From Takakia lepidozioides (Eukaryota; Plantae; Bryophyta), in assembly GCA_030704615.1 (NCBI GenBank), contig CM060733.1, positions 30,752,001 to 30,816,000 on the forward strand: a stretch of 64,000 bases of DNA. The letters are read 5' to 3'. Made by a program: the position numbers and the translations under genes. A model generated the notes under the pieces. That model was given only the letters and a program-made list of their open reading frames with translations. It was not told the origin of the DNA and searched no databases. Below are positions 38,467 through 53,000 of this stretch, one piece after another (positions within the stretch are counted from its first letter, which is position 1; every line of letters starts with the position of its first letter).

Positions 38467-39520
38467 TTAACCTTCTGTGAGCACATCCAGTGTCGGTGGC
38501 AATATGTCAAGAATTTTTGGTCTTTTCTCCCCTTGTTGGGCTTCCTCTTCCTCAAACTTCCTTTTCGTGCCTCCAGGTTTCTCCTCAGTGACCATAACCA
38601 GTTCATCGTCATCCCCATCTCCATTATTGACCTTGTCAGAGGAGGCCTGATATGAAGGAGTGCCTGGTGCAAGACTTCCGCAGAAGAGCTGGAAGGAAGT
38701 TCTCCTGTGATGAGCATCTCATCGGGTTCCTTTTCTTCATCAAATGACTCTCTGAGAGAAAGGAGCAAACAAACCATCCCATGTCAAAACTCCATGAATG
38801 TTTCAACTCAATCATGACAAGGTTCTCAAGAATGAACAAGTGAGCACCGCTTAACTGACGGCTGTTGTGAAAAGATCATAGACTTAGACTTCAGACAGTT
38901 AAGAGTCTCCTTATTACAAATTTTGACTATCACCATCACAACACACCTGTGCTTCACATGAAGGCTGCACCGAAATTCTTGTTGCGAGTCCTCCACGAGT
39001 AGAACCACGCCACTTGTGATAGGCGTGGGAAATGAGTCCAAACTCTGATCCAACCAATCAGCGCTGTTATGTATTGCGGTAAGCAATGCAGCTTTGGTCC
39101 CATTGACTCTGTGATTCACTCCTAGTCCATACTGCCAAACAGTCGGTGCAAGATAGAATAGTCCCAATGTTTACAGACCTTGTCAAGGATGGAGGCATAG
39201 TGAGCAGCCATGTCTTCCTCTAAGTCATCGCCAGTCTCATACAGAAGAGTGGAACCCTGCATAATGAGGGGAGAGTTCACACCCAGCTTGCGCTTCACTG
39301 CCTTCTCAATTATATCCCTCATTGTCGCTGTTGTAGTGTTCACCTCCAATACCAGTGGTGTCTGTCCTCCAAAGCCCCACACACCTAGACTTTTAAGTCC
39401 ACTTACTAAAGCTGGTGGCAAAAATTCATCACACCATCGTGGGCAGAACAAATGCAAAATACCTCAAAGCACACATAGCAGCGCAGGTTAGGTTCAGCTG
39501 GCTCTACTGGCACAATAAGG
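38467..39520 (-). pseudogene. SAE2: 3' portion of SUMO-activating enzyme subunit 2 with three introns; 5'-truncated and frameshifted
   Basis: PVEPAEPNLRCYVCFE|TPLVLEVN..KLGVNSPLIMQGSTLLYETGDDLEE..|SLDSFPTPITSG..VEDSQQE..KHR|ESFDEEKEPDEM..DDDELVMV..KRK; GT-AG introns 39362-39462, 39045-39178, 38752-38946. Confidence 0.85.
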
Positions 39521-40959
39521 GCAAGAAGAGTTTCTGTCACAGTATTATCGTCATCATCAAATATTGCATTCCGATACTCATCGTTTTGTTGGAGCAGCTT
39601 CAGCTTGATTCTTGCCCTCTTCTTACCGTTTGGGATGAGTGACTTCAATGTATCTTTCCAGTCCATGCTTCCGATCGAAATTACAAGCGCAATGTTGAAC
39701 GACCTGAAATTGGAATTTGAGCTGATTAGGGTTTAACCAGCCAGTGCAGTGACGGACAACTTTTTCGAAAGGCACCAAGAGAGAAAGCACACAAAATTCA
39801 CTTGAAATGAGCACAACGCGAGGAAGGGCTACAGAGAAAAGGCGTAAAGCTGGAACCACTACAAGTCCGGAGACTTACTGAATGAACGCATCCAGATCAT
39901 ATGACAGTGCAGCGCAAACCTCGCCTCACCTGACACAAACACTAAGAGAAACTTTGGCGAGCGATCACAGATCGGAGACCAGAAAAGAGCGATCTGAGAG
40001 CGAGAGGGACCATGCGAGCACATATGTTAGCTTCCCACCCTCGAGGGTAGTCATAACCCTCAATCCGCACCATTGGATCATTACGAATCCGACGGCATGA
40101 AGGTACAAAAGATAGAAGGATGCCAGACCACTTGAGTCTAGACTTAAGTGGAAGAACGAGTTGCATATAGCAATAAAAGATTTAATAGTTTATATTTATA
40201 TTTTAATCATTTTTTTAGTTATTTTTAGTATTCATCTTTTTAGTCATAACCTAAACCTTTCAAAAAACAAAAACAACTAAAAAAAAAAAAAAACCCTGGG
40301 AGCGACTGCTCACAATAAACCTTATTAGAATAATTAAAAGTTATATTACTGTACGAATTAAATCAACACATGTTTATTATTTAAAAAAAATAAAAATAAA
40401 AATAATTCAATATTTAATTTTTATACAACCAGTCACTTGTAACTACACAATGCTCTTAAACATGTAAAATCAGCCTCTCATTTTTGAATAATTGGGAGTT
40501 TATGTCGCGCGTGTGGGACAGGGTGCGCACGCCCACACGCTCTCCCCCGCCCGCCCACCCCCACTTGCCAGCCGCCCGCACGCCGCCAGTGGGTCTGCTC
40601 GGGCTGGGTCTACCCAAGCTCGATCTGCCTGCTGGTGGGTTTGCTGGGTCTGCCACCAAGCAGCCCGATCCGGCAAACCCAAACGCACCCCAAATGATGT
40701 GGCGCCCATCTCACCGTGATGCCGCGCTGCTATCATAGCCACCGGATTTAGGGCATGGCAGCCGCTGCCAATCGTGGGCGAAGACTATTTCATCGATCTT
40801 TTCCTCCCTCTGGTCTGTTCCTGCCAACGCGCTTCCCTCTTGCCAAGAAGTGCGTACTGTCGTCCTTCGCTTCCACTTTTCCAAGTCGTATTGCAGGTGT
40901 TTTTGAGTGCGCGAAGAGGTACTACAGTGTATATGGCAACGGCCGTTGATGCCCAACCA

Positions 40960-43900
40960 GAAAGGTTTCTTATACATCCACTGTGACAATGTCTTCAAAT
41001 ACCAAAGGATGAGCCATTTTCCTGCAAAGACCTTTACTGGAAGAACGAGAGTCGCTCTGGATACATGGGCTTTCAAGTGTGGGTCCGCACAGCCTGTATT
41101 CCCTAGGAGAGAGTGCCCGACTTTGTACTTGGAGACGAGTGTTCCACCCAATTTTACATAAATGTGCATGTTAACGCGAAGCCCGGACCGCGAAGAGCTC
41201 CAAGAGCTACTACATATCTAACCTCTGTCATGTCTTCACCATATTCCCGCACAGCCTCTTTGTTCCTGTCCTGTGCTTGTGCTTGTGCTTGCCGGACATG
41301 TACATGCATCATATGTAGATAGGGTTTAGGCTGTCTTACATGCTTGCAGAACTCCATGGGTGTCGATGATATACTCCGGTGTCGATGACATACGACCCTA
41401 TCCAGGTATCAGTGTTGTTATGGACCAGAGGACAAACGCACCAACAATTTGACTGTCACGGATCCTAAAGTCAAGCGAGGAGGTCCGGACGTTGGGGCTG
41501 GAAGCTGTAATCCTCACAAAGGTCCAAGACGAAAGAAAAGCCAATACGGCGAGTCTTACAAGCGTGGGTGTCTCTGTTGTTTCAAAGTCTCGCAATATTA
41601 TAACATATTATAACAACATGCAACACTTGGATGTGTCCGGAAAACCCTATCATGGCGGATATGTTGAGTTCCAGTTCAGCCGATATGCTTATGCTCCACA
41701 TATTAGCGAGGAGCTCAAAAAGTGGATCATGGAATGCTTGTCTCGAGGCTTGAGTGTCGCCCAAGTCATGATTGAACACAAAGAGCACGTCATGCAGAAC
41801 AGTGGCTTGGGAGATGCATGGACAGGCGACGACTTTCTCCTCGAGCAAGATGTCCAAAATCTCACTGAAAAACGAGCCTAGAAGACCTTCAAAAAACACG
41901 CTGATGACGCACAATCCGTGCGTATGTGGAAAGATCAAAACCCGGACTCGGTCTTCTTCTACCAGGAGGAATCATTGGCACCCACATTTCAACATTTTGA
42001 TGGAGATTTGACCTTCACCATTGGGATTCAGACTCCTTGGCAGTGGCAGAAGATGTTGGACTTGGGCCATGCGCGCATCGTAGCTTGCGATGCTAGCATG
42101 ATAGCATACTACCCACTCTTGTGGTGCATTGCTTATTCGTCCTCAATTCCAATAGACCTAACTGTTGTACACCCTGTCCCAGTACACCCTGTCCCAGCAG
42201 ACCTTCCACTACACTCTTTTAGGGCAAACCCTTTTGTGTGTTCACCCTGTTACAGTACACCCTGTGTGTGTTCACCAAGTTGCAGTACACCATGTGCGTG
42301 TTCACCTAGTTGTAGTACACCATGTACGTTTTCACCCTATTGCAATAGACCCTGTGCTAGTACACCAGGTTGAACGGAATTCCGGTTGCATACATATTGT
42401 CAGCACACAATCGAACATCATACCTTACCCCGTGGATGTTAGCTTTGCGTGATGCCCTCCTTCAGGAAAAGCCCACCTCGCGGCCAAATGCCTTCATTGT
42501 TGACGACGCTGAAGCAGAAATCAATGCAATCCGGTATGTCACATCTCAATCTGCCATATGGTCTGCTATATGGCCTCCCATATGGTCCGCTACACGGTCT
42601 GCTATATGGTCTTACGCTTGTGCGGTACTGAATCCGGTATGCTACATCTCATTCTGCCCTATGGTCTGCCCTGTGGTCTGCCATATGGTCTCAATCTGCC
42701 CTATGGTATGCCTTATGGTCCACTCCAGGGTCTGCTATATGGTCTGCCCTATTTGGTTTGCCCTGTTTGGTCTCACGCTTGTGGCAATGCTGAATACGAA
42801 TGCCCCGTCCAGGCACTTCTGACTTTGTGGCCGCATGCAGGTCTGTTTTCACAGGAGTATGCATTTTCCTCTGCCTTTGGCATGTACAGAAGGCCTAGGT
42901 CAAGCAATCATGCCAGAAAATCAGTAATCCGGGAACATTCTCGAAACTGTTGGCAAATATGGGCGACCTTATGTACTGCAGAGGTGGACCGCAGAAAGAA
43001 GACGAAGCTGTAAAATGGGTTAAGAAAAAATTGAAGGCAATGAAAAAGAAATATCATGCTGGTCAGTTGTTCCTCCACTACATTCATGTGTACTAGGTTC
43101 CCAAAATCGCTATGTGGTGTACTGCTGCCCCCAACATTCCACATGCAAGCCAAGATACTAATGCAAGCATCGAGGCATACCACGGAAACTTAAAGGCGAG
43201 ACTTAATATGGGCAAAGGCAAAATGACAGGTCGAAGAGCCGATTAGCTCATATGGGAGTTGACTGGGCGTGTACTGGTCCACTACTGGTACGACATTCAT
43301 CTGAAGACGCATGGGTTTATTCGCAACGATAAACAGGAAAAACACATTTCCAGTGCAATATGTGCAGTCCGCGATATACCTCTTTTATGCGTGACTTTGC
43401 CTGCAGTGCCTGGGCAGCCTGCTTACGCGATCAGCTCCTCTGATCCGAATACAATGTACACCGTGTTCAATCCAGAGTCGCAGTGGGTCTGTTGCACCTA
43501 CCCGTGGGCTCTGAAAGGCAATCTGTGCAAGCACCAGGTTTGGGTCATAAAGTTGCTAAAACGAAACTTGCAAGACGGTCTCATTATTCGGACATGTGGT
43601 TCCCACCTCGGTACTGTTCACGGTGGGTTGGAGAATTTGGATGAACACGATGGCATGGTAGCATGCGACCTCGAAAACGGTAACGACAATGTACGTGCAA
43701 GCACAACCCCGAACACGGCAGAGTCATTGCTTACGCCAGACCTGTTGGAAACTATTGAAACGGGAGATAACCGACCTACTTGACCTTGTACACAACGACG
43801 CATACCTTATACACCATTGCTTGTCTGCGGTGCGTGTTTGCCGAGGGTAAATGCAGGACATCCTCGTCAAAAAAGCTTCCGGCGTGTTACACCCGGCTGC

Positions 43901-44108
43901 AGCACGAACGTTCAATCGTGTAAAAGACAACAACAACTTGTCATTGAAGAGGAAAAAAGATTTTGTGGAACATTTTCAAGCTCGGCGGAAAATGAACCTA
44001 AATGGGGGGAAACGTGTGTCTTCCCTTCCTCCTCTTAGCCATATTTACTCGGCTCTGAGGCGGGTGTCTCATCGTCCAGAATTAAGAAAGAAAGATCAAT
44101 CTAACTAA
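40960..44108 (+). pseudogene. MULE transposase with SWIM finger, multi-exon, disrupted
   Basis: ERVPDFVLG, YAPHISEELKKWI, FTIGIQTPWQ, IVACD, FIVDDAEAEINA, CLWHV, DTNASIEAYH and CT.PWALKGNLCKH. Confidence 0.85.
42150..42760. repeat. Two minisatellites in MULE introns (~30-bp tacacc..gtgttcacc; ~12-bp tatggtctgc)
   Basis: Visible tandem units at 42150-42370 and 42555-42760. Confidence 0.8.
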
Positions 44109-44846
44109 GGAAAGGACCTGCAGTTGTCCAATGCGGTAGACTAATACTCACCTGCAGTAGACCAATGCGGCAGACCATGATCGTAGACCACCTGAAGTAG
44201 ACCAACACTCACCTGTAGTAGACTAATGCGGCAGAGCATCTAGGACTCCCTTAATGTGTTTTTTTAGGGATTGATGAAGGAGACCAATGAAGTCAATAAA
44301 TAATGAAACAAGTAATGAAGCAAACATAGTTCAATGAAGTAGACCAATACAGTATAGGGGTAGACCAAGACAGTACACTCGACTAACGATGGGACTGACT
44401 TGTGCCATATTTAGGCGACCACCGAATTTAGTATATCATTATCTCATGGACAGACCTATACCAAGGAGCAGACCAATAACTGTGGTCCAAACTAAGTCCA
44501 CTCCGCGGAGGTAGCAGACCAATAACATCAGTTTACCAGCAGACCACGGCAAGCAGTATTCCATACATCGGTAGATCAATAACATTGGTTCACCAGCAGA
44601 CCAGGTGAAGCACTACTCAATACATAACATCGACCAGGAATGTTAAGCAGTAGACCACAACAAGAGACTAATGAAATTTTCCACGAAAAAGTCCAGATGA
44701 GTAAATGACATGTTTTTCATTTATTGCCAGGCCTAGAGGAAATAACCCGGACATCGGAAAAGTCTGATACGTCCGACATCTTCCTAGATGACAACTGCCT
44801 TTCTACAACTACATTATTCATAGTACTGAGTGCTTTCAAAATGTAC

Positions 44847-45863
44847 TCAACGTACACACTTTAAGCGTTGTCTGCAAGCATAGCGGAATGTAAACCACTT
44901 TGAGGTAAACGACTTTCCTCTCTCTCTAAGTCCTTTGCCACGATCGCCCTTCAACCAGTCGTAGAACCCCTCGATAAAGGACATGACGTAAAAGCCACAT
45001 TCCCACGAGAAGGGTTGTTGTGGCACTTCAAGGACATGAAAATTGAATGCAGTGGCCTCGTCCCACGACGCCGTGTGCGGCTCCAAGCCGAGACATGCTC
45101 CATATACATTTCGAACCCATGGCAATATCTCCACAAGTTTGTGCATCTCCTTGATTGAGTTCAGATGAGTGAACACGCGGAGCACCCGGTCAATAATCAC
45201 CAAACTCTGAGACCTGCCACAACGCAGGGCGCATCAGCACAAGGGAACAGCTGCAAATCAAAATGGCAGACCCATTGAGCACACTAGTAGAGTTGGGCAG
45301 ACCAATGCTGCAGACCAGTGATGGTGGACCAATGATAAAGGGCAGAGAAACAGTCGTAATGCAGAACACTTACCCATCAACTATTGGTACCAGTATGTAC
45401 TTGCAGGTCTTCAGGTCCTTCCCCATACGATGCACTGTGAATCCGTGCTCCACCTGCGAGCAAACCCGTTACCTGCACTCCAGTGACTCTTCACTACACT
45501 CCAAACCCACGTCGGCAAAATAACAACATCATTATATGTCTTGACATCGAGATCCTACTGATAAAACCTACACCACAACTCAAGCAATCGGTCTGTAGCC
45601 TCGGATTTATATTTCTCTTGGGCTTTCAGGTCCTCGGTGGCAATACTGCACTCAAACTGTGGGTCGTTTTCAAAAAAATACAGCATTGCTTTTCCTTCAG
45701 AGATATGTGCGTTGAAAGTGGAGCCAAATCTGGTAGTGAACCTGCACAAACTCGGAAAAAACCTTTAAGAAGATAGACCACGACAGAACCGGGTTGGCGG
45801 ACCCAGAAAGACCACACCCAGAAGGACTAGACCTACAATGGATACAGTACTGGACCCAAGGAC
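44847..45863 (-). pseudogene. Ulp1/Peptidase C48-like gene of the MULE, 3' part; 5' part lies beyond the CACTA at 58124-60076
   Basis: FTHLNS, VPQQPFSWECGFYVMSFIE and the YILVPI exon; convergent with the transposase. Confidence 0.75.
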
Positions 45864-46732
45864 CACTACAACAGATGAGCGTTTTTATGACTGCACATAT
45901 GACTATTTTTTCAGTCCTATATGCGTTCATGACTACATCACTCTATAGTGAAAAAAGCCCTGTCATAGCGACTAGTCTTTAAGACTGCATTTTGCAAGTC
46001 ATAGCCGTGACTGCGTGCGTGGCACCTGGAGTCATGCATAAGAGAGTGATGTAGTTACAACTCTATGACTTACATATGACTAACTATATGACTACATTGT
46101 CTGATGAGCGTTGCCTATATGGAGAGGCTTTAGAGGAACACGTGCACCACTGTGCAAGCGACACGTCACGACACCTGTTGCACTTCAGATGTGACATGTG
46201 GCACTTAGACATAATATATGACTAGCATATATGGCACGTGTCATCAAGAATGTCTCTGAAAATAATTTAATAGTTATATTTGTAATTTTAAATTCTTAAA
46301 TTTATATATATTTTTTGAAAACAGGGATAGCAGCTTGGAATTTTTTATTAAATGGTATTATTTTTTTAATTTAATAATGTTATAAAATAAAAATAGATTA
46401 AATGATTTAAATTCTTCATTATATGGTGAAATTCTGATATAAAAACAGAATGGACCCCTCTTGCATACTAGCAACCACAAGGACATTCAAAATAGACAAG
46501 TACAGGGAAATACACGCCCTGTAATTATATTACAAAAATCCAAATGAGACCAATGTCCCAATGGACACCTCAAAGGCCACAAGGTCCAAAAATCCATGCC
46601 TGAAAAGGTCCAGTAAGCAAAAAATAAGTAAGCCCACACATGGGCTGAATTGTTGTAATACTAGTTTGTTCTGGTGCTACTAGAATCAAGGACCCTGTTA
46701 AACAGTGCAATACTTACGGCCGATTTGATAAG

Positions 46733-47350
46733 AGGGAAAAATAGGGTGAAATGTGTTGAAGAAGGTGCCTTGATTAACAGTGCCTGATTTGATCAATTTG
46801 TGTCGCTGCTGCTGCGGCTTCCAGTTGACCATCTACCCATGCAAGTTTCTTGTACCTATCCTTCCACAGGGAATCATAGGTAATATGGAGCTTGAAATCC
46901 GGCCCTCTTGGATGAATCTGGACCCACACATCTATCCCTGCTCCTTCAGCTATCCATGCCCCTGCACAAATCATGCATACATCCTCACCTTGCTGCTAGC
47001 AACTGACAATGACAGCCTAGAATTGCTTGAGCAAACACCCCAACCCTACTTATCACACTAGTTCCTATGTTGACTTGCGTCTGCTTCCAACAAGAATTCA
47101 CCTTTTGCCTCGATTGTTCCACCATTGACTGAGGTCGGGAACGTATTCATCCTAGAGCTTCTCCTCGAGTCTCTGTTATCTATTTTTCAATACTTTCCTG
47201 TCGACCACATTGGCAGTAACATGTCAAAATCACTCCAAAACTACCATAGATCCACCAATGAGCTAACTTGCAGAATTCAACATTAAAAATTTAGGGACGA
47301 CTCTGATAGCAGGGGAAAATAAGGTGAAATATATTGAAGAAGGTACCTTC
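46733..47350 (+). repeat. ~600-bp diverged direct repeat inside the CACTA (copy ~56738-57340)
   Basis: Both begin gagggaaaa..gtgaaatgtg.tgaag.aggtgcc and share ccagttgaccatctaccca and downstream blocks. Confidence 0.8.
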
Positions 47351-47449
47351 ATTAGCAGCGCCTTGTTTTATGAATTGTGCTGCTGCCGCTGCTGTTTCCA
47401 GTTGACCATCTACCCACTTGTAGCCGCTGTGAGCTATTGAAGAAGGTGC

Positions 47450-48570
47450 CCCCTTCCCCCATCATTTGATCATAGGTCTCCATACCATGTCTCTGCTCTG
47501 CATACCCTCCAAGCATCGCGTTCCATGACACCACATCTCGTTCAACCATAATGTTGAAAACTCCCTTCGCATCCTTAATGCACCCACATTTCGCATACAT
47601 GTCCACCAGGGCAGTGTTCAGAATGACATCTGGTACAATTCCAGCTTTGATGATGTCACCATGGACCTCTTTCCCCTTTTCCAGAGGTCCCAGGCTTGCA
47701 CACGCATTGCAAACACAAACAAACGTGATGTGGTTGGGCTTCACCCCTTCGCGCAACATTTTGCTCATATTCCTACCACACCCATGCTTGGTAAATCCTG
47801 CCAACATTATATTCCACGTGATCAAAGATCATTGAGACATTCTGTTGAAAACTTTGTGAGCATGCATGCATGATGCTCATGCACTTAACATACATGTTTG
47901 CTCCTGCACCCACATTTTGCATACATGTCCACCAGGGTATTGTTCAAAATGACATTTGGTACAATTCCAGCCCTGATGATGTCGCCATGGACCTCTTTGC
48001 AAGCCCTTTTCCAGAGCTGCCATGGCTGTGTTCAGAATGACATTTGGTACAATTCCAGCTTTGACGATGTCACCATGCACCTCTTTGCCCTTTTCCAGGG
48101 CTGCCAGGCTTGCACACGCACTGCAAACGCACACAAACGTGATGTGGTCGGGCTTCATCCCTTCACACATCATTTGCTCATACGTCTCCAAAGCCTCCAT
48201 CTTGCGCCCCTGCTGTGTATACTCTGCGAGCATCGCACTCCACGACACCACATTTTGTTCAGCCATATTGTTGAACACTCCCTTTGCATCCTCGATGCTC
48301 CCACATTTGGCATACATGTCCACCAGGGCAGTGTTCAGGATCACATCTGGTACGATTCCAGCTCTGACGATGTCACCATGCACCTCTTTGCCCTTTTCCA
48401 GGGCTGCCAGGCTTGCACACGCACTGCAAACGCACACAAACGTGATGTGGTCGGGCTTCACCCCTTCCCCCATCATTTGCTCATAGGTCTCCAAAGCATT
48501 CCTACCACACCCATGCTTGGTAAATCCTCCCAACATTATATTCCACGTGATCAAAGATCATTGAGGCATT
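47450..48570 (-). pseudogene. PLS-class PPR gene fragment of near-identical ~303-bp P-L-S triplets
   Basis: ITWNIML..GVKPDHITFVCVCSACASLAALEKGKEVH..PDVILNTALVDMYAKCGSIEDAKGVF..VVSW repeated; truncated, no E/DYW domain. Confidence 0.9.
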
Positions 48571-48574
48571 CTGT

Positions 48575-49115
48575 TACACATGCGAACGCTGCACCTAGGA
48601 TCTGAGATGGAGTTGTGCTCCTGGCGCCAAGCATTGCTTGGAGAAAAGATGACTGTAATGGTTCCAAATTCTTTTCCCACCAGGAGACAGGGACACCAGG
48701 TGCCCAAAACTCACAACCATTGATGGTAGCAGGGCTGACGACGGTGTCAAACAACCACTTTTTGGTCGGGGGATGCCGCAGATGTATTTGCTTGCATTTG
48801 GCGTGAAGGCGGACGGAGGCCGCCTTACCTTTAGTCAATCTGTCCAAGGCAGGGCTGCAAAGTGAAACTTGGGGGAGTGGATAACCAGACCTAGGTACCG
48901 GTATGATTTGACAATCTCAATTTCCTGCTGGTTGAAGATGAATCTACGATCAGCCTGGCCATTGAAGACCATGATCTTGGTCTTGCTAAGATTGACTTGC
49001 ATCCCATAGTCTTTGCAGAACTGTTCCAAAATTTTGATATGGCATTGCAGAAAGACCGGGGATTGTGCCAAAAGGGCAACATCATCAGCGTAGAGGAGAT
49101 CTGATTGGGCAGAAA
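48575..49115 (-). mobile_element. LINE RT C-terminal fragment (RTE/RTEX/L2-like)
   Basis: LLYADDVALLAQS..LEQFCKDYGMQVNLSKTKIMVF..YRYLG..LFDTVVSP..GCEFW. Confidence 0.85.
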
Positions 49116-50038
49116 ATGAAGTTAGGCAGAAAAACATCCCTGAACATGTTTTCAATTTGTGTCATGGGGGAGGACATCGTGGAAAAACCTTCAGGTCTAC
49201 CACTGTGTGCAGAGGGACTAGTTTTTAGGTCAAGGAAATGTTGCTTTGTCACGTCATTGCACCTGCCTTGGAGTACGCATTTGCTATATGCGTTGATAAC
49301 TCCAACGAGGCTAGGTCTGCAATATCCTTTCAATTGAATTGTGTCTGCACCTGTGTTTACCAACATTGAGAGTCTTTAGGCCTTTTGGGGCTCCGTTGCT
49401 GGGCTCCGCCATACAGCCATTTGGTGATTGTGTGAATAGATGTCCACTGGATATGTGCAAAACCCGGATGGATGTTCTGTTTCCTAGTAAGTTTCATGTG
49501 GTACTGATGTGAACCTGCCCACATTCTGTTTCTTCACCAATGAATGGGCTTACATGTTATGAGGACATTCTGTCCCTCTCCTTTTCAGTTTTTGGCACTT
49601 TGCGCTGCAGGGGAGTGGGTTTGAGGTCAGCCAATCCATAGTTGTGATTGTGGGATGGTTTGTGCTCTGGTGACGTTGTGTTCAGTAGGACTACAGCTGA
49701 TGCACCTTGTGTGTGGGATGTTTTTGGCAGCGGAAGGGGAGTGAAGCTGCAGCAAAGCACTCACAGCCACCACACAATGCCAACCAACACCAACCTTGGC
49801 ACCCACCCCTGCCGGATGGTCTCCACAACAGAGTGCACCATGGGGAGCCCCCCCTGCTTTGGGGTCGTGGCGCTGGCTTCCTGATGTTGCCACGTCACAA
49901 TAAGGGCCTCCCACATCTCCATACGGCCCTCCCCCCTCCGGCACACATCAGTCACCCCCCACAACGTATGACGGCGCTGCTCCAGAGCATGGGGGCAGGA
50001 AACGGACATCAAAGCTGAGGAAGGAACGACGTCATGCC

Positions 50039-53000
50039 ATGAAACAATGGGAAGGAGATGGAGAGGGAAGGGTGGCTGCAGGGCTAAAGCGCCACAAGGT
50101 GGAGGTGCATGGAAATGGAGTCATCAATGTTGGCTGCGAAGGTAAGGAACACTGGCAGCGTGATTTGCGTGGCCTGGCATTGCGTTACCTTGACTCAAGC
50201 GTACAAGACATTGACCAGCAGTCCCAGAGTGCCATGTCAACAGTAATAGAGGGCATAAATGGAATGTACGAGTACACACCTATCCCTACCAATCGTGATT
50301 TTATAGTGAAGCAATGTGGGAAGATAATGAAAGGAGAAAGAGCAAAACTGAAAGATAAATGGGCGAAGACTGGTGTGAGGTCAATGAACACTGAACCCGC
50401 CTATTGGGATAAGCTTGTTGCCTACAGGGAGTCCTCTCGTGGACTTGCAAAGGCTGAAGGGATGAAGCAAGCGTGTGCTTGTGTCACGAACCCCTCGCGT
50501 TGGGGCCGGGCAGGAGTTGCAGGCCAAGCAGCCCGTTTGGTAATCTCCCTCACCCCCTTCTCATTGCTCTTACATTGTGGCATGTTCTGATGGAAGAGAC
50601 ACCCACGAATGGGTTTTATTGCTTGTGCAGAATTAGTTGTTATGTGATATGCAGGGCAGTGTTTTGTCCATATGCTCCTGGCATTTTGTACTGACAGTGT
50701 GTGGATGGGCAAATACAGAAAAGACGCAAAGCGCGGAGCCCGTCACTGTCCGAGCTCGGGGCGGAGTGCAAGAACGCTGCGACTGGCACCCCATCAGAGT
50801 CTGTTTTGAGCCAGGTATGTTTTGAAGTCCGGTTTCCATTCATGAATCTGTTGTTGTACTAAGATTTGGTGGGTATGTGGGGCCCCCACGCACGGTACAC
50901 GAGGGTGTTATGCCAAACCTAGCCATCTCCGAATGCCTGAAATCCTGCACATTCGGCCTCTTCTTCTGGTTTTTAACAGTACGGGTGGGTGTTTGTATGC
51001 GTAGGGAGCGGGGAACTCAATGGCAGCCCGCATCGGGGCCCTGGAGAGGCTTGCGGCTCTCTCTGCGGAGCGGGAGAGGGGAATGGAAGCACAACTGAAG
51101 AAGATAGTGGAACTCATGATGGGGCAAAAAGGGGGTGTGACGGGTGGCATTATGGAAGACCCCCTGCTGCGACCATTGTACCTGACAAGGAGGAAGTAAT
51201 TGTAGTGGGTAGGGATGTGACAGAGGTCCGGGCTATTGTTGATGATATTCACAGTGGGGGCAGGGTCCACTCGTTGAAGAGGGAGAGGTCCAGCAAGTTG
51301 GTGGGGATGACATGGACGATGGGGGGGTCATTGTTGATGATGGGGGAAAAGGGGAAGCTGTAGGGGGAGAGGGTGGTAGTTTGCCTGGTCCAGGCTGCAG
51401 GGGGACCGAAACTTTGCCCTCCGGGGTGACTGTTGTCTCCCAACCCACTGAGGTGAGACCCCGTGACACCCCTTCAAAAGCTCCTTTCATAGAAAAGTCG
51501 AAACTAATTGTTCTAGACCTGAACGGGATCCTGTGCCACTCTATTCCTAACTTTCAGCCCAACCCGAGGCGTCATTGGCCATGGGTGTTGACCACCAACA
51601 AGTATGTTTTCCCAAGGCCCCAGGTCTGCGAGTTTTTAAACCTTCTCTTCCGGTATTTCTACGTTGGGATATGGTCTTGTGCTTCCATGGGGAATGTTGC
51701 AGACATCTTCAAAGTGGTCATGCAGGGGGTCAATGGTTCTCCCCTCTTTGTGTGGTCACAAGAGGAGTGTGACCCCTTGACAGAGCCACACCCCACAAAA
51801 GGGCCTGCCGTACAGAACTTACAGAAGAGACTGTCGAGGGTGTGGTCGGAATTTTCTGGATTTAACGAATCCAACACCCTCCTAGTGGATGATTCACCAC
51901 ACAAGGGGAGGGGGAACTCCCCTTTGAACATGGTCCATCCATTGTTGTTTGATGTCACTGGCAATGTCAGTGAGGGGCCCGATTCAGACTACCTTTTAGA
52001 AACAGTCTGGCCCTACTGCCAAGATTTGTTTTGCTCCAAGGATGTGCGTGTCTTCACAAGCACGCGGAAGCTAACCCCGACTGGCAGCTTGAATGTGGGA
52101 GAGGATGGGGTCGTTGGGGGAAGTACTTCTGCGCCCATGCAGGTGAAACTAACCTTACTGTTTGCAACATGACATCGAAGCCAAAGTCCATGTTTGTTTG
52201 TTCCCCCGGATGCCCTCTCACGCAAGGCTGGCACTATATGTTTTGCAGGGACCACATGGTCGAATGTGAAGAAGGTGGGTCCTGCGCCTACGACCATAGT
52301 GCTACGGCGGCAGCATTCCGGATTCCCCCCCCGGCATGAGGAGGCAGCGCCCAAGGTATGGTTGTTCCCAGCCCCTCTCCGCAAACCTACTTGGTTGGTT
52401 TCCTTTATGGATACACTTCCTGAAGCATTGCAATGTGTATTCATTGCAGGTGAGCAAGAGGAGTGGGCTGTCCCCGGCACCATCATCACAGCATGACGTG
52501 GTTCCCCAGGCATGCATTCATGGCTCCTTGCTTTGCCTGGCTGGTTTTTAGTAGGGTTATTTTTGCCCGGAAGTTGTAGTGCTAGGGTCTGAGCAGGGTG
52601 TTTGTTAGCTTGCTCCGTGGAGGTGTGTTTATACCATTGCAACCACTAGAGTTCATGTTATTCTTATCCGTCTGACTAAACCTCTTTTTGTTGCTGCAGT
52701 TGAAGACACGTGGGCAGCTTTCCTCAGTTGCCACCCTCAGTGACGAGCTTCGCTTCAAGGTACGTTGGTACACCGTGAATTGGCTACTGATTCAGTATTG
52801 TGGCAACCAAGATCGTTTCCATGCCCAGCTGCGCTTGACTTTCACCCTGTCATTGCTATGTTTGATGTTGGTGTCTGCAGATATCAGATCCTGTGTTTCT
52901 CCTGAACCCCCATGACAAGCGGTCAAAGACAGCCGCCGCCAAGGCGGAAGTGGTGGGAATAGCCGGGGTTGACAAGTTCCACTGCAAGGACATTCGATCC

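Noticed and set aside
47898-48605. Long + strand ORFs opposite the PPR repeats
   Set aside because: Antisense shadows of repetitive coding sequence.
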